Positions 29,497 to 40,499 of a stretch of 46,669 bases of DNA are shown here, piece after piece. Each line of letters starts with the position of its first letter. Position 1 is the first letter of the stretch. Below the pieces are notes generated by a model. It saw nothing but the letters and a program-made list of their open reading frames with translations, was not told where the DNA came from and made no database searches. Both the position numbers and the translations under genes were made by a program. The stretch is from sequence record SRR20825010_3322; one strand, given 5' to 3'.

Positions 29497-32358
29497 TTAT
29501 TCCGCCGCCTGACGTTTCAGCACAGGAGCAAGATAATGCCCTGTGTAGCTTCGTGGTTCCTTGGCAACATCCTCGGGCGTGCCGGTGGCGACAATCTCGC
29601 CGCCGCCATCGCCACCTTCGGGGCCGAGGTCCAAAATCCAGTCTGCGGTTTTGATAACCTCCAGGTTATGTTCGATCACCACTACCGTATTTCCTTGATC
29701 CACCAGTGCTTGCAGCACTTCCATCAGCTTGCGTACATCCTCGAAGTGCAGGCCCGTGGTGGGTTCATCAAGGATATAGAGCGTCTTGCCGGTTGAGCGC
29801 TTTGACAGCTCTTTGGCCAGTTTCACCCGCTGGGCTTCACCGCCTGAAAGGGTAGTGGCCTGCTGGCCCACGCGGATATAACTCAGGCCAACCTTATCCA
29901 GCATTTCAAGCTTGTTGCGGATAGCAGGCACAGCCTTGAAAAAGTCAACGCCTTCCTCAACTGTCATATCAAGAACATCAGATATCGATTTGTCTTTAAA
30001 GCGAATTTCTAGAGTTTCACGATTGTATCGCTTGCCTTTGCACTGGTCACACTGCACATAAACATCCGGCAGGAAGTGCATCTCGATCTTGATCATGCCG
30101 TCGCCTTTACAGGCTTCGCAGCGCCCCCCCTTCACGTTGAAAGAGAAACGACCGGGCTTGTACCCGCGCGCCAATGCCTCTGGCAGACCCGCAAACCAAT
30201 CCCTGATCGGTCCGAACGCACCGGTATAGGTGGCAGGGTTTGAGCGCGGCGTACGCCCAATGGGGCTTTGGTCGATATCAACAATCTTGTCGAGATGCTC
30301 CAACCCTTCAATCGCCTCATGGGCGCCGGGGTTTACACGCCCACCGTTCAGGTGTTTTGCGACCGCCTTATAAAGCGTTTCAATCGTGAAGGTGGATTTA
30401 CCCGAGCCAGACACGCCCGTGATGCACGTCAATGTACCAAGTGGGATTGAGCCGGTCACATCCTTCAGGTTGTTGGCACTTGCACCTTTAACGGTAAGGA
30501 ATTTCTTCTTGTGGCCTTTGCGGCGGGTTGCGGGCAGGGGAACGGTGCGTTTGCCGGTAAGATACTGGCCGGTGAGGCTCTCGTTTGAGGCCATGATGTC
30601 CTGCGGCGTACCTTCCGCCACGATAGCGCCGCCGTGTTCGCCAGCACCTGGGCCCATATCAATCACATAATCCGCGCTCAGGATGGCGTCCTCGTCATGC
30701 TCAACCACCAGAACGGTGTTGCCGATATCGCGAAGGTTCTTGAGCGTTTCAAGCAGGCGGTCGTTATCGCGCTGGTGCAAACCGATGGACGGTTCGTCCA
30801 GCACGTAAAGTACGCCGGTAAGGCCAGAGCCGATTTGGGACGCCAGGCGAATACGCTGGCTTTCACCACCAGAAAGTGTTCCAGATGAACGGCTTAAGGT
30901 TAGATAATTAAGTCCTACATTAACAAGAAATCCCAGGCGTTCCTGAATCTCTCGCAATACTTTGTCGGCGATCTGCTGCTGTTTTTCGCTCAGGTGTGAC
31001 GGCAGTTCGGTAAACCAGTCATAGGCACCTTTCACCGAAAGGCTGGTCACTTCACTAACATGCTGGCCAGCGATTTTGACCGCGAGGGCTTCCGGCTTTA
31101 ACCGCGCGCCCTCACATGCCGTGCAGGTGGTTGATGCCTGATATTTGGAAAGTTCATCCCGCATCCAGTTGCTGTCGGTCTCGCGCCAGCGACGCTCAAT
31201 GTTTTTCAGCACGCCTTCAAAGGGTTTATTGACCTCAAATTTTCGCTTGCCGTCCGCATAGGTGATGGTCACGGGTTTATTGCCGGTGCCGTACAGGAAA
31301 GCCTGCTGCGCTGCCTCTGATACCTTTTCCCACGGTGTGTCGATCGAGACTTTAAAATGCCTGGCCACAGCCTCCAGCGCCTGAAAATAGAAGGGAGACG
31401 GGTTGTTTGCTTTATTGGCCCACGGCGCAAGCGCACCTTCGCGGATGGTCTTCTTGGTGTCCGGCACCGCGAGGTCCGGGTCAAAATAAAGCTTTTTGCC
31501 AAGCCCGTCACAGGTTGGGCACGCTCCAAACGGGTTGTTGAAGGAAAACAGCCGGGGTTCGATCTCTTCAATCGTGAAGCCGGAAACCGGACAGGCGAAC
31601 TTGGCGGACATCAAATGTCGTTCACCACCTTCGTCACCAGCGGCTGCGATCTCCACAGCCACAAGGCCGTCTGCAAGTTCTAGTGCGGTTTCAACGCTGT
31701 CGGCAAGGCGTTGCTCCAAGCCTTCCTTGAGCACAAGGCGGTCCACCACCACGTCGATATCGTGTTTGTATTTTTTGTCGAGCGTGGGGGCTTCTTCAAT
31801 GAGGTAAAATTCACCGTCCACCTTCACGCGCTGGAAACCGCGCTTTTGCAGCTCAGCCAGCTCCTTGCGGTATTCCCCTTTACGGCCGCGCACGATGGGC
31901 GCCATAAGGTAGAGACGGGTGCCGTCACCCATCGCCATGATGCGGTCTACCATCTGGCTCACGGTCTGGCTTTCAATGGGCAGGCCGGTGGCGGGCGAGT
32001 AGGGCACACCCACGCGCGCCCACAATAGCCGCATATAGTCGTAAATCTCGGTCACTGTGCCCACGGTGGAACGCGGGTTTTTGCTGGTTGTTTTCTGCTC
32101 GATGGAGATCGCAGGCGAAAGGCCTTCAATATGATCCACATCAGGCTTTTGCATCAGCTCCAGAAACTGGCGGGCATAAGCGCTCAGGCTCTCAACGTAG
32201 CGGCGCTGCCCCTCCGCATAGATGGTATCGAACGCGAGCGACGACTTGCCCGAGCCTGAAAGTCCGGTAATCACCACAAGCTTGTCGCGCGGGATATCAA
32301 CATTAACAGACTTCAGGTTATGTTCCCTGGCGCCGCGGACGGATATTTCTGTGAGCAT
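29497..32358 (-). CDS. uvrA: Excinuclease ABC subunit A
   Basis: GAREHNLK, two Walker A ([16 protein letters not shown]), LSGGE signatures, zinc fingers. Confidence 0.99.
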   Translation of the reverse strand: MLTEISVRGAREHNLKSVNVDIPRDKLVVITGLSGSGKSSLAFDTIYAEGQRRYVESLSAYARQFLELMQKPDVDHIEGLSPAISIEQKTTSKNPRSTVGTVTEIYDYMRLLWARVGVPYSPATGLPIESQTVSQMVDRIMAMGDGTRLYLMAPIVRGRKGEYRKELAELQKRGFQRVKVDGEFYLIEEAPTLDKKYKHDIDVVVDRLVLKEGLEQRLADSVETALELADGLVAVEIAAAGDEGGERHLMSAKFACPVSGFTIEEIEPRLFSFNNPFGACPTCDGLGKKLYFDPDLAVPDTKKTIREGALAPWANKANNPSPFYFQALEAVARHFKVSIDTPWEKVSEAAQQAFLYGTGNKPVTITYADGKRKFEVNKPFEGVLKNIERRWRETDSNWMRDELSKYQASTTCTACEGARLKPEALAVKIAGQHVSEVTSLSVKGAYDWFTELPSHLSEKQQQIADKVLREIQERLGFLVNVGLNYLTLSRSSGTLSGGESQRIRLASQIGSGLTGVLYVLDEPSIGLHQRDNDRLLETLKNLRDIGNTVLVVEHDEDAILSADYVIDMGPGAGEHGGAIVAEGTPQDIMASNESLTGQYLTGKRTVPLPATRRKGHKKKFLTVKGASANNLKDVTGSIPLGTLTCITGVSGSGKSTFTIETLYKAVAKHLNGGRVNPGAHEAIEGLEHLDKIVDIDQSPIGRTPRSNPATYTGAFGPIRDWFAGLPEALARGYKPGRFSFNVKGGRCEACKGDGMIKIEMHFLPDVYVQCDQCKGKRYNRETLEIRFKDKSISDVLDMTVEEGVDFFKAVPAIRNKLEMLDKVGLSYIRVGQQATTLSGGEAQRVKLAKELSKRSTGKTLYILDEPTTGLHFEDVRKLMEVLQALVDQGNTVVVIEHNLEVIKTADWILDLGPEGGDGGGEIVATGTPEDVAKEPRSYTGHYLAPVLKRQAAE

Positions 32359-32470
32359 GGCTGTCTCTCAAAACTGGGTTAGGTTGCTGTCGAATTATGC
32401 GGTTTTATACGCCATCAAGTGACCCGTGGGTCATTCTCTGTCAAGCCGCTTGACAATAATGTGTGAATAA

Positions 32471-32485
32471 GAACAAATAAAGAAC
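32471..32485. promoter_or_regulatory. LexA (SOS) box in the uvrA/GFA divergent promoter
   Basis: GAAC-aaataaa-GAAC; back-to-back TTGACA hexamers at 32444-32439 (-) and 32450-32455 (+). Confidence 0.85.
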
Positions 32486-32506
32486 AAATTCAGCGTGGAG
32501 CAAAAA

Positions 32507-32926
32507 ATGACGAATGAGAGGGTCGATCTTCGCCAGGGCGGTTGCATGTGTGGCGCTGCCCGTTTTGAGATCAATTTACAAGGGCACCGCACGGGGGCAT
32601 GCCACTGCACAGATTGTCAGAAGAACTCTGGCGGGCCTTATATGATATTCACCACCGTGGATGCGGGCCAGATTCGCTGGATCAGCAAACCCAAAGGTGA
32701 GGGGCGAGCAAGTGATATCGCTATCCGCCGGTTCTGCACAAAATGCGGCACACCCATGACATGGGAAAGCGTGAGCGAACCTGACGATCAGGCGGTCAGC
32801 ACCGGCACGATTGACGACCCAAACGGGCTCGAGATTTCTTACGAGATTTACACGCGGTCCCGCTGGGCGAGCATTCCGCCGATACCGGGTGCGCGGCAAT
32901 ATGAAGGCAGCAGCAGTAGTTATTAG
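32507..32926 (+). CDS. GFA family (glutathione-dependent formaldehyde-activating/CENP-V-like) protein
   Basis: GGCMCG, CHC.DCQK, RRFC..CGT zinc motifs. Confidence 0.92.
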   Translation: MTNERVDLRQGGCMCGAARFEINLQGHRTGACHCTDCQKNSGGPYMIFTTVDAGQIRWISKPKGEGRASDIAIRRFCTKCGTPMTWESVSEPDDQAVSTGTIDDPNGLEISYEIYTRSRWASIPPIPGARQYEGSSSSY

Positions 32927-32939
32927 TGGCGTTTAGGGT

Positions 32940-34001
32940 TTATGACGACCAGCTTTCGGGTTCGATACCCAGGGCTTGCATGCGCTCTTTCCAGCGGGAG
33001 CGTGCGAGCTTTTGCAGGTCTTCCACCGTGTCCAGCTCGTCGGTGATCTCAAGGCCGATCAGGGTTTCAAGCACGTCTTCAAGCGTGAGGATACCTTGTG
33101 AAGTGCCGTATTCATCAACAATAAGTACGATGTGGCCACGATTGCGCATCAAGGTATCATACGCCTGGGCCGCGCTTACTGTACTGGGCATGACCTTCAA
33201 TTCGCGCCGGAACTCGGAAAGTTTACGGTCAAATTCGTCTTTCGCCTGAGCAATCAGCAGGTCCTGCTTCAGCACATAACCGGTAATATCATCCGCACCG
33301 CCCTTGAAAACAGGAATGCGGGAGAAGGGTTTGTCCCCATGTTCAAGGAAAAAGTCCCGCACCAACCTGTCTTCATTCTGCATGAACATAACTGCACGCG
33401 GGGACATGATATCTTTGACAGACAGCCTGTGCAGCCGCATCAGGTTCGCGACAACTTTGCGCTCTTTCTCGTTGAGAATACCTTCCTCCGCGCCAATCTG
33501 CGCCATGGCGGCCATTTCATCCCGGCTGAAGGTGAAGGCGCTCACTCCCTTGGGGGATATCGCCTTGGTCAGCTTTTCTGATAGCCACACAAGGGGCAGA
33601 AGTGCTTTGGTGACCCACAGGAGGATTACCGCAACACCCGGTGCCAGGCTTTGCCAATGCGCAGCCCCCAGCGTTTTTGGGATAATCTCGGATAACACAA
33701 GAATGAGAAGGGTCAGAACGCCTGAGATAACCGCGATATAGGCGCTGCCAAATATCTCTGCGGCCTGCGCGCCGACACCAGCTGCGCCCACGGTGTGCGC
33801 GATGGTGTTGAGGATAAGGATGGCTGCCAGCGGCCTGTCGATGTTGCTTTGGAGTTGCATGAGTGCCCGGCCACCCTTTGTGCCTTTTTTACTGAGGGCC
33901 GAGGCATAGGCTGGCCGAACCGACAGCAAGACTGCTTCGGCAACCGAGCAAAGGAATGAAACGCAGATCGCAAGCGACAGATAAAATATGAGGAGAAGCA
34001 T
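32940..34001 (-). CDS. CNNM/DUF21 + CBS domain membrane protein (CorB/HlyC-like)
   Basis: SFLCS..EA.LLS, SEIIPKT, IMSPR, FSRIPV, VDEYG..G..TLED..E. Confidence 0.92.
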   Translation of the reverse strand: MLLLIFYLSLAICVSFLCSVAEAVLLSVRPAYASALSKKGTKGGRALMQLQSNIDRPLAAILILNTIAHTVGAAGVGAQAAEIFGSAYIAVISGVLTLLILVLSEIIPKTLGAAHWQSLAPGVAVILLWVTKALLPLVWLSEKLTKAISPKGVSAFTFSRDEMAAMAQIGAEEGILNEKERKVVANLMRLHRLSVKDIMSPRAVMFMQNEDRLVRDFFLEHGDKPFSRIPVFKGGADDITGYVLKQDLLIAQAKDEFDRKLSEFRRELKVMPSTVSAAQAYDTLMRNRGHIVLIVDEYGTSQGILTLEDVLETLIGLEITDELDTVEDLQKLARSRWKERMQALGIEPESWSS

Positions 34002-34190
34002 GGCCTGATCATACCGAAAGTGCGAGCCATGTCTACAAGACTCGGTGCACGGCCTAAAGGTAGCTGAACCACCAGTCGTTGCGCCTGCCTTTGAGGACCG
34101 CGAACCAGCGGCACAGCGGATAAAGCGCCATAGTCATGTTGCGCCAGTCACGGTCTGGCTACTGAATGTTGGTAAAGCCTTGGCTTAGTC

Positions 34191-34721
34191 TTATTTTTTG
34201 ACGTATAGCCCGTCAAACCAGGGCTGCCATTCGCTTGTCTCCGTATTCATTTGCTCAAAAAACTGACGAACGCTGCCGTCTTCATTCGGGGTCCATGTAC
34301 CCCGGAAGGCCACGGCTTGATTGCTGGCATAATACCAGATGGTGCCTTCAAGCACCATGGAGCCGTCTTTAAGTCCGCCTTCGATATCAATGGCATAGGC
34401 ACCGCCGGATACCCAAAGCTGTCGCCATTTTCCGGTGACAGGGTTATAATAATTCACGCTCTTGCCGGTGCTGCCACCTGTACCGTTCCATTCTTCAAGG
34501 AGCGCACATTCGCCTTCAATTTTGGAGATGGAGTTTTCTCCGGCATATTGGCCGTTCTGACGACCGCTGACTTTCCAGTCCCCTACCCAAAAGTCGAAGG
34601 CCTTGAAGGCGGGGTCTGTTTTACAAGGGGAGGGTGGGGGCGTCTGTGCCTGCTGTGCCGCGATGGCTGTGCTGCTGAATGCAATGAACAAGCCGACGGC
34701 GGCTGTCTTTAGAAGCTTCAT
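34191..34721 (-). CDS. Secreted hypothetical beta-barrel protein
   Basis: Signal peptide; FDFWVGDW, G.C...E.W, G.S.NYY....WRQ.W, VRQ.FE, W..WFDG.Y. Confidence 0.8.
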   Translation of the reverse strand: MKLLKTAAVGLFIAFSSTAIAAQQAQTPPPSPCKTDPAFKAFDFWVGDWKVSGRQNGQYAGENSISKIEGECALLEEWNGTGGSTGKSVNYYNPVTGKWRQLWVSGGAYAIDIEGGLKDGSMVLEGTIWYYASNQAVAFRGTWTPNEDGSVRQFFEQMNTETSEWQPWFDGLYVKK

Positions 34722-34883
34722 CGTTTTTCCCCTTTACCTCACGCCCCCAAGCGCTCCTGACGTATAAACTATATATACAGATGCAACCGCCCAAAAAGGG
34801 CTTGCGATGAAGTGGCGCGAGCTTGCGTTAAAACGCCAGTTGAGCAGTGACTTGCCCGTGAGCAGATTAAGTGATAGAAATGA

Positions 34884-34898
34884 GAACATAACATGAAC
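34884..34898. promoter_or_regulatory. LexA (SOS) box upstream of ssb
   Basis: GAAC-ataacat-GAAC. Confidence 0.8.
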
Positions 34899-35024
34899 AA
34901 ATGATTTGTTTCTGCCTTCGGGCTAAATAGGTTTGAAGCGTTTGCAACCATGGTCTATGGTCGCCGACACAAAGGTGTCATGTATGAGTTGCGGCACCGA
35001 TACGAGATAAAGAAGGGGGCTTTA

Positions 35025-35549
35025 ATGGCCGGTAGTGTGAATAAGGTAATTTTGGTGGGCAACCTTGGGCGTGACCCTGAGGTACGGACGATGAACGATG
35101 GCTCACCCGTGGTGAATTTATCGCTTGCGACGTCTGAGACATGGCGGGACCGCGCATCAGGCGAACGCCGCGAGCGGACCGAATGGCACCGCGTGGTTAT
35201 CTTCAACGAAAACCTGGCGAAAGTTGCACAGCAGTACCTGAAAAAAGGTTCGACCATTTACATTGAAGGCCAGCTTCAAACTCGTAAGTGGACAGACCAA
35301 CAAGGTGTTGAGAAATACTCCACCGAAGTTGTTCTGCAGCGGTTCCGTGGTGAGCTGACGATGCTTGGTGGTCGCGGCGATAGCCAGGGCGGCGGTTTTG
35401 GTGAAAGCAGCCAGTCCAGCTATGGCGGTGATTTTGGCGGCAGCTCGCAAGGTGGTAGCCAGGGCGGCAATCAAGGTGGCGGCCAAGGCGGAAATCAGGG
35501 CGGCGGCTTTGGTGGCGGCGGTGATCTGGACGATGAAATTCCGTTCTGA
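35025..35549 (+). CDS. ssb: Single-stranded DNA-binding protein
   Basis: [26 protein letters not shown], Gly-rich linker, DDEIPF tail. Confidence 0.99.
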   Translation: MAGSVNKVILVGNLGRDPEVRTMNDGSPVVNLSLATSETWRDRASGERRERTEWHRVVIFNENLAKVAQQYLKKGSTIYIEGQLQTRKWTDQQGVEKYSTEVVLQRFRGELTMLGGRGDSQGGGFGESSQSSYGGDFGGSSQGGSQGGNQGGGQGGNQGGGFGGGGDLDDEIPF

Positions 35550-35576
35550 TCCTGTGAAGCAGCCTGACAAGAATGC

Positions 35577-35612
35577 GAAACCCGGCAGTTTTCTGCCGGG
35601 TTTTTTGTTTGT
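35577..35612. terminator. Intrinsic terminator after ssb (likely bidirectional)
   Basis: AAACCCGGCAG-tttt-CTGCCGGGTTT then T-tract. Confidence 0.88.
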
Positions 35613-35617
35613 TCGAT

Positions 35618-36172
35618 TTATTTCGAATAGGTCAGCTTGTAGGCTGGCATCCATGTGGTGCCGCCATCGTCTGACGCATCAATAGTCATCATACGTTTTG
35701 GTGTGGCAATCTTTATGGTTAACCGGAAGGCGCGTTCAACACCGTTCCCCATAGGGAAGGTGGTTCCGCTTTTCAGGTTGGTCATGACAAGCTTGTCACC
35801 TTCCAGAGTGCCTTCATACACATCCATAATGCCCCAGGTGTCATCAACCACGGCTTTGCGGTATACATCGCGGTACTGGTCGTAGCTTAAGTCGGTTTCA
35901 AGCTTGAAGCCGGGTGTGTCGAGATCGTCTGGCTTTTCTGCCAGCAGCATACCTTTGAGGCGAAACTCAACCGAGACCACTGCGGCTGGTGCCTTTGACC
36001 ATGTTTTGCCGCCGTCGGGAGAATATTCGTTGACCATTGACCATTCACCCGCGAGCGGCGCCAGCTTCTGCATCATAGCGTATGGCTTCTCCGATACTTT
36101 CGGGCGGTCCTGCGCGGTGACAGGTATGGTGAGAACAAGTAATGCCGATAACAGCAACGAAAGTTTTTTCAT
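35618..36172 (-). CDS. Secreted hypothetical beta-barrel protein (DUF1579-like)
   Basis: Signal peptide; L..L.GEW, SYD.....Y, S.DGG.TW...Y...Y. Confidence 0.75.
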   Translation of the reverse strand: MKKLSLLLSALLVLTIPVTAQDRPKVSEKPYAMMQKLAPLAGEWSMVNEYSPDGGKTWSKAPAAVVSVEFRLKGMLLAEKPDDLDTPGFKLETDLSYDQYRDVYRKAVVDDTWGIMDVYEGTLEGDKLVMTNLKSGTTFPMGNGVERAFRLTIKIATPKRMMTIDASDDGGTTWMPAYKLTYSK

Positions 36173-36365
36173 AAGATGTTCCTTCCCCTAATTGTGCTGA
36201 TAACATCGGGTTTTTCCCACACCGCAACCAGAAAAAATTAGTTTAGCCCAAACGGATTAGGTCTATTCTTCGGGTTAATTCGGCTGGCCGTGGGTTGAGG
36301 GCAGTTCATCGTATTTTCACTGCTTGAAGAGCATCTATACCGGATGGTGCGACGACCGGAGGGAG

Positions 36366-36863
36366 ATGATCATGAGATTCGCAATCATTGTTGTTATGTG
36401 CCTCATGGGGCAAGCGCCGCTTTGGGCTGATACAGTTGAGGATATCAACGCTGAGGTATGGGAGGTGTTCACCCGGTCCTATAAAGAGAACGACGGTGAA
36501 CTCCATGTCAGTATCTACCATCCGGAGGTGGTGCGCCCAATCTCGCAAAACGATACGGTGCTTTCTGGCGCCGCATATACCAACCATCTGCGTAAGATGT
36601 TTGCGAACAGGAAAGCGCGCGGCGCTTCGGGGGCAGACATCCATTTCCGCTTCAATGAGCGGCTTCATAATGACGACAGCGCTTATGAGGTTGGTATATA
36701 TCGTCTCGCCGGAAAGCGCCCTGATGGCACGGACTTTGTTAACTACGGCAACTTTCGCGTGGTGCTAAAAAAAGATGAAGGCCGCTGGAAAATCATGTTC
36801 GATGCTGACGTGCCTACGGATGAGGCCGCGTGGGATGCCGCACCTATAAAAATTTCGAGATAA
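36366..36863 (+). CDS. Secreted NTF2-like/SnoaL (DUF4440-like) protein
   Basis: RBS GGAGGGAG; signal peptide; AYEVG.Y, G.F.VVLKK..G.WKI..D. Confidence 0.85.
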   Translation: MIMRFAIIVVMCLMGQAPLWADTVEDINAEVWEVFTRSYKENDGELHVSIYHPEVVRPISQNDTVLSGAAYTNHLRKMFANRKARGASGADIHFRFNERLHNDDSAYEVGIYRLAGKRPDGTDFVNYGNFRVVLKKDEGRWKIMFDADVPTDEAAWDAAPIKISR

Positions 36864-36931
36864 GGCCCGCATTCTTGTATCTGCCATAATCTGTGCCCAC
36901 CTTTTAGAAAAGACACATAAAGGAGTGGCAT

Positions 36932-37765
36932 GTGAGGATTGGTTTGGCTTTGGGCGGGGGCGCAGCCCTCGGATGGGCGCATATCGGCGTTGTCCGCGCG
37001 CTTGAGGAAGAGGGCATCCACGCGGATATTGTAACCGGCACCAGTATCGGCTCTATCGTTGGTGCCTGTGTGGCCGCAGACCTCCTTGATGAGCTCGAGG
37101 AAATTGCCCGCGATGTCACGCTCAAGGAAATGCTTCTGATGAGCGAATTTGGCTTCAAGCAGGGCAGCTTGATTGGTGTTCGCAAAATTGAGAAGCGCCT
37201 GCGTGACCACTTTGGCCTGCTTACCATTGAAGAAATGCCTAAACCCTTCGCAGCTGTGGCTGCTGACCTTTATACCGGCGAACGTGTGGTGTTTGACGCG
37301 GGTGATGTCGTAACAGCGCTGCGGGCATCCTCAGCGGTGCCCGGTGTGCTGCCCCCTGTGGCAACCGGCCGCATGCTGTTGGCTGATGGGGGCCTTGTGG
37401 ACCCTGTCCCTGTCCAAGCGGCACGCGATTTGGGGGCGGACATCATCATTGCCGTTGATCTGCAAGGTGATTATGGCGCCCGTGCGTCACGAAAGGGTTT
37501 TGAGGTGCATAGCGACAAGGCTGGCAAAGCGCCGATGAAGACAGCCAGGTTGGGTGTTTTCATGCTGCTCAGGTCATTAAGCCGCGCACGGCTTGAGCTT
37601 GACCGGCCTGAGCATATTATCAGCCCCGCAATCGGCCATATTGATGTGATGGATTTCCGCCGGGCGGATGAGCTTATCGCGCTCGGGCGCCACGCCACCA
37701 AGCTGGCACTTCCAGAGATTATTGATGACCTGGAGCAAAGAGGCGCATCATTTGCGGCGTCATAA
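36932..37765 (+). CDS. Patatin-like phospholipase (RssA-like)
   Basis: GLALGGGAA.GWAHIG, GTSIG, DGG. Confidence 0.93.
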   Translation: MRIGLALGGGAALGWAHIGVVRALEEEGIHADIVTGTSIGSIVGACVAADLLDELEEIARDVTLKEMLLMSEFGFKQGSLIGVRKIEKRLRDHFGLLTIEEMPKPFAAVAADLYTGERVVFDAGDVVTALRASSAVPGVLPPVATGRMLLADGGLVDPVPVQAARDLGADIIIAVDLQGDYGARASRKGFEVHSDKAGKAPMKTARLGVFMLLRSLSRARLELDRPEHIISPAIGHIDVMDFRRADELIALGRHATKLALPEIIDDLEQRGASFAAS

Positions 37766-37769
37766 GACT

Positions 37770-37798
37770 AAAAACCCGGGCGAGTACCCGGGCTTCTT
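37770..37798. terminator. Bidirectional terminator
   Basis: AAAA-CCCGGG-cgagta-CCCGGG-cttctt between convergent genes. Confidence 0.7.
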
Positions 37799-37800
37799 GT

Positions 37801-38934
37801 TTAGCGGTTGATTTCGCGGCTGATCACGATGCGCTGGATGTCTGAGGTGCCCTCATAAATCTGGCATACACGTACGTCGCGGTAGATCTTCTCAACGGGG
37901 TATTCCGCCAGATATCCGTAACCGCCCAGCGTCTGGATCGCGGCGGAGCATATTTTCTCTGCCGTTTCGCTTGCAAACAGCTTGGCCATACACGCTTCCT
38001 TGAGGCATGGCTCACCAGCATCTTTCATGGCGGCGGCGTTCAGCACCATCAGTTCCGCAGCCTTCAGCTCCGTTGCCATATCCGCAAGACGGAATCCAAC
38101 GGCCTGATGCTCGATAATCGCTTTACCAAAAGCTTCGCGTTCCTGCGCGTAGGTGAGGGCATATTCATAAGCCGCCCGTGCCATACCGACACTTTGCGCC
38201 GCGATGCCGATACGCCCGGTCTCAAGGTTCGAGAGCGCAACCTTGTATCCCGCGCCCTCGGCGCCCAACAGGCATTCAGTGGGCACTTCCATGTCAACAA
38301 AGGCGATCTGGCAGGTGTCGGACGATTTTTGGCCAAGTTTGTGTTCAAGGCCTGCGACCGTATAGCCCGGCGTATCCGTGGATACGAGAAAGGCGGAAAT
38401 CCCGCGTTTGCCCGCGCCTGGGTCAGTTACCGCAAACACAATCGCTGCACCACCGATCTTGCCGGAGGTGATGAACTGTTTGGTACCATTCAGTTTCCAG
38501 CCCGCGTTTGTGCGCTCAGCCCTGGTTTTCAGCATCGATGCGTCTGAACCCGCCTGCGGCTCGGTAAGGCAGAAGGCGCCGATCATTTCGCCGCGCGCGA
38601 GAGGCCTAAGGAATTTTTCCTTCTGCTCGTCGGTGCCGTTCGCGAGCACAGCGGCACACACGGGTGCGTTATTTACGCTCATGAGCGTGGAAAGCCCGCC
38701 GTCACCAGCGGCAATTTCCATCAATGCTAGCGCATAGGAAACATAGTCTGTTTCAGCGCCGTCCCATTCCTCGGGCACGGTCATGCCCATTAGGCCTAAT
38801 GCACCCATCTCACGCAGGAAGTCAGCGGGGATTTCACCCGCCTTTTCCCACTCACGCGCGTTTGGTGCGATCCGGTCGGTCGCGAAGGAGCGGGCCATAT
38901 CCCGCACCATGCGCTGCTCTTCGGTTAAGATCAT
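37801..38934 (-). CDS. Acyl-CoA dehydrogenase (short/branched-chain type)
   Basis: FCLTEPQAGSD, GTKQFITS, GRIGIAAQ, GGYGY, IYEGTSDIQ. Confidence 0.96.
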   Translation of the reverse strand: MILTEEQRMVRDMARSFATDRIAPNAREWEKAGEIPADFLREMGALGLMGMTVPEEWDGAETDYVSYALALMEIAAGDGGLSTLMSVNNAPVCAAVLANGTDEQKEKFLRPLARGEMIGAFCLTEPQAGSDASMLKTRAERTNAGWKLNGTKQFITSGKIGGAAIVFAVTDPGAGKRGISAFLVSTDTPGYTVAGLEHKLGQKSSDTCQIAFVDMEVPTECLLGAEGAGYKVALSNLETGRIGIAAQSVGMARAAYEYALTYAQEREAFGKAIIEHQAVGFRLADMATELKAAELMVLNAAAMKDAGEPCLKEACMAKLFASETAEKICSAAIQTLGGYGYLAEYPVEKIYRDVRVCQIYEGTSDIQRIVISREINR

Positions 38935-38948
38935 CTTGCCCGCCTGTC

Positions 38949-40130
38949 TTACACAAGCTCAATGGCAACAGCCGTGGCTTCACCGCCGCCAATGCAAAGG
39001 CTGGCAACACCGCGCTTAAGGCCGCGTTTTTTGAGTGCGTTGATCAGTGTAACGCAGATACGTGCGCCAGATGCACCAATGGGGTGGCCAAGCGCGCAAG
39101 CGCCGCCGTTCACGTTCACTTTGTCGTGGTCAAGGTTCAACTCATGAATGGCAGCCATGGCCACAACTGCGAAAGCCTCGTTCACCTCAAAGAGGTCAAC
39201 ATCAGCTGTGGTCCAGCCCGCTTTGTCCAACACCTTTTGGATGGCTTTCACCGGTGCTGTAGTAAACCACTCAGGCGCCTGCGCGTGATCTGCGTGCGCC
39301 CGCATGATCGCAAGCGGTGTCAGTCCGCGCTTCTCGGCTTCAGATTGCTTCATCATCACAACAGCTGCAGCGCCGTCAGAGATGGAGCTGGCGTTTGCCG
39401 CCGTTACCGTGCCGTCTTTTTTGAAAGCAGGGCGCAGGTTCGGAATTTTGTCGAAGCGCGCTTTTGGCGGCTGCTCATCGGTAGTGACTTCCAGGTCACC
39501 GCCGCGGGTTTTCACTGTTACCGGCACAACTTCGCCGTCAAATGAGCCATCTTCGATCGCGCGCTGTGCCCGCTTCAGCGATTCAATTGCATAGGCATCC
39601 TGTGCGTCGCGGGTGAATTGATATTGCTCTGCACAAAGTTCAGCAAAAACGCCCATGGGCTCACCCGCGTAAGCATCTGTCAGGCCATCAAGCGCCATAT
39701 GATCAAGCACCTGTGCGTTGCCGTATTTTACCCCGGTACGGCCTGAGGGCAGCAAATGCGGTGCAAGGGACATGCTTTCCATGCCGCCAGCTACCACAAT
39801 GTCACGTGAGCCAGCTTTCAGGCTGTCGTGGGCCTGCATCATAGCCTGCATGCCAGAGCCGCACATTTTATTGACCGTAACGGCGCCTGTGCTGTCGGGG
39901 ATGCCCGCTTTGCGGCTGGCCTGGCGGGCAGGGGCCTGGCCCTGGCCTGCGGGGAGTACGCAGCCCATCACTGTCTCGTTCACATCGTCAGGGTTAACGC
40001 CTGCGCCCTTGAGCGCGCCGCGGATTGCTGTGGCACCAAGTTCTGAGGCGGTGATGCTGGACAAGTCGCCGAGCAAACCACCCATAGGTGTGCGGGCCAT
40101 GCCGACAATAACGATTGGATCCTGAGACAT
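38949..40130 (-). CDS. Acetyl-CoA C-acyltransferase (thiolase)
   Basis: NKMCGSG, NEAF, GHPIGASG, CIGGG. Confidence 0.97.
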   Translation of the reverse strand: MSQDPIVIVGMARTPMGGLLGDLSSITASELGATAIRGALKGAGVNPDDVNETVMGCVLPAGQGQAPARQASRKAGIPDSTGAVTVNKMCGSGMQAMMQAHDSLKAGSRDIVVAGGMESMSLAPHLLPSGRTGVKYGNAQVLDHMALDGLTDAYAGEPMGVFAELCAEQYQFTRDAQDAYAIESLKRAQRAIEDGSFDGEVVPVTVKTRGGDLEVTTDEQPPKARFDKIPNLRPAFKKDGTVTAANASSISDGAAAVVMMKQSEAEKRGLTPLAIMRAHADHAQAPEWFTTAPVKAIQKVLDKAGWTTADVDLFEVNEAFAVVAMAAIHELNLDHDKVNVNGGACALGHPIGASGARICVTLINALKKRGLKRGVASLCIGGGEATAVAIELV

Positions 40131-40325
40131 TGGGGCTCTCCTTCTATACTTCGGGCTATATTTCGAGCGCAGATCGCTTCATTGCACCCGGGGGAATTTT
40201 ATTTGCCGACACTGTGCCAAAAAAGAATTATTTCGCAAGTGCAAAATAAATTGATGGAATTGACTGTGCGGTGCACAGCGTTTTATATGGCGCGGCCCAA
40301 GGTGATGAGGCGTGAACAGGAGAGT

Positions 40326-40496
40326 ATGATGGCAACCAGGATCGGGTTTTATATTTTTGCAGGGCTTGTTGTGGGCGCTGTTGTTGGGAAATGGCTGCCA
40401 TATATCGCGAGCATTGAAGCGCTGGCAGGCGGTGTTCTTGGTGGGCTCCTTGGCTTGCTTGTTGACAAACTGAGCGCCAACAAGCAAGGCGACTAA
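40326..40496 (+). CDS. Small two-TM membrane protein (56 aa)
   Basis: RBS AGGAGAG; Gly-rich hydrophobic helices. Confidence 0.7.
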   Translation: MMATRIGFYIFAGLVVGAVVGKWLPYIASIEALAGGVLGGLLGLLVDKLSANKQGD

Positions 40497-40499
40497 TCG

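Noticed and set aside
30895-30925. dif (XerCD) site within uvrA
   Set aside because: Poor match to the XerD arm TTATGTTAAAT and located inside a conserved CDS
35370-35525. Repetitive GGC/CAG-rich tract
   Set aside because: Ordinary Gly/Gln-rich SSB linker
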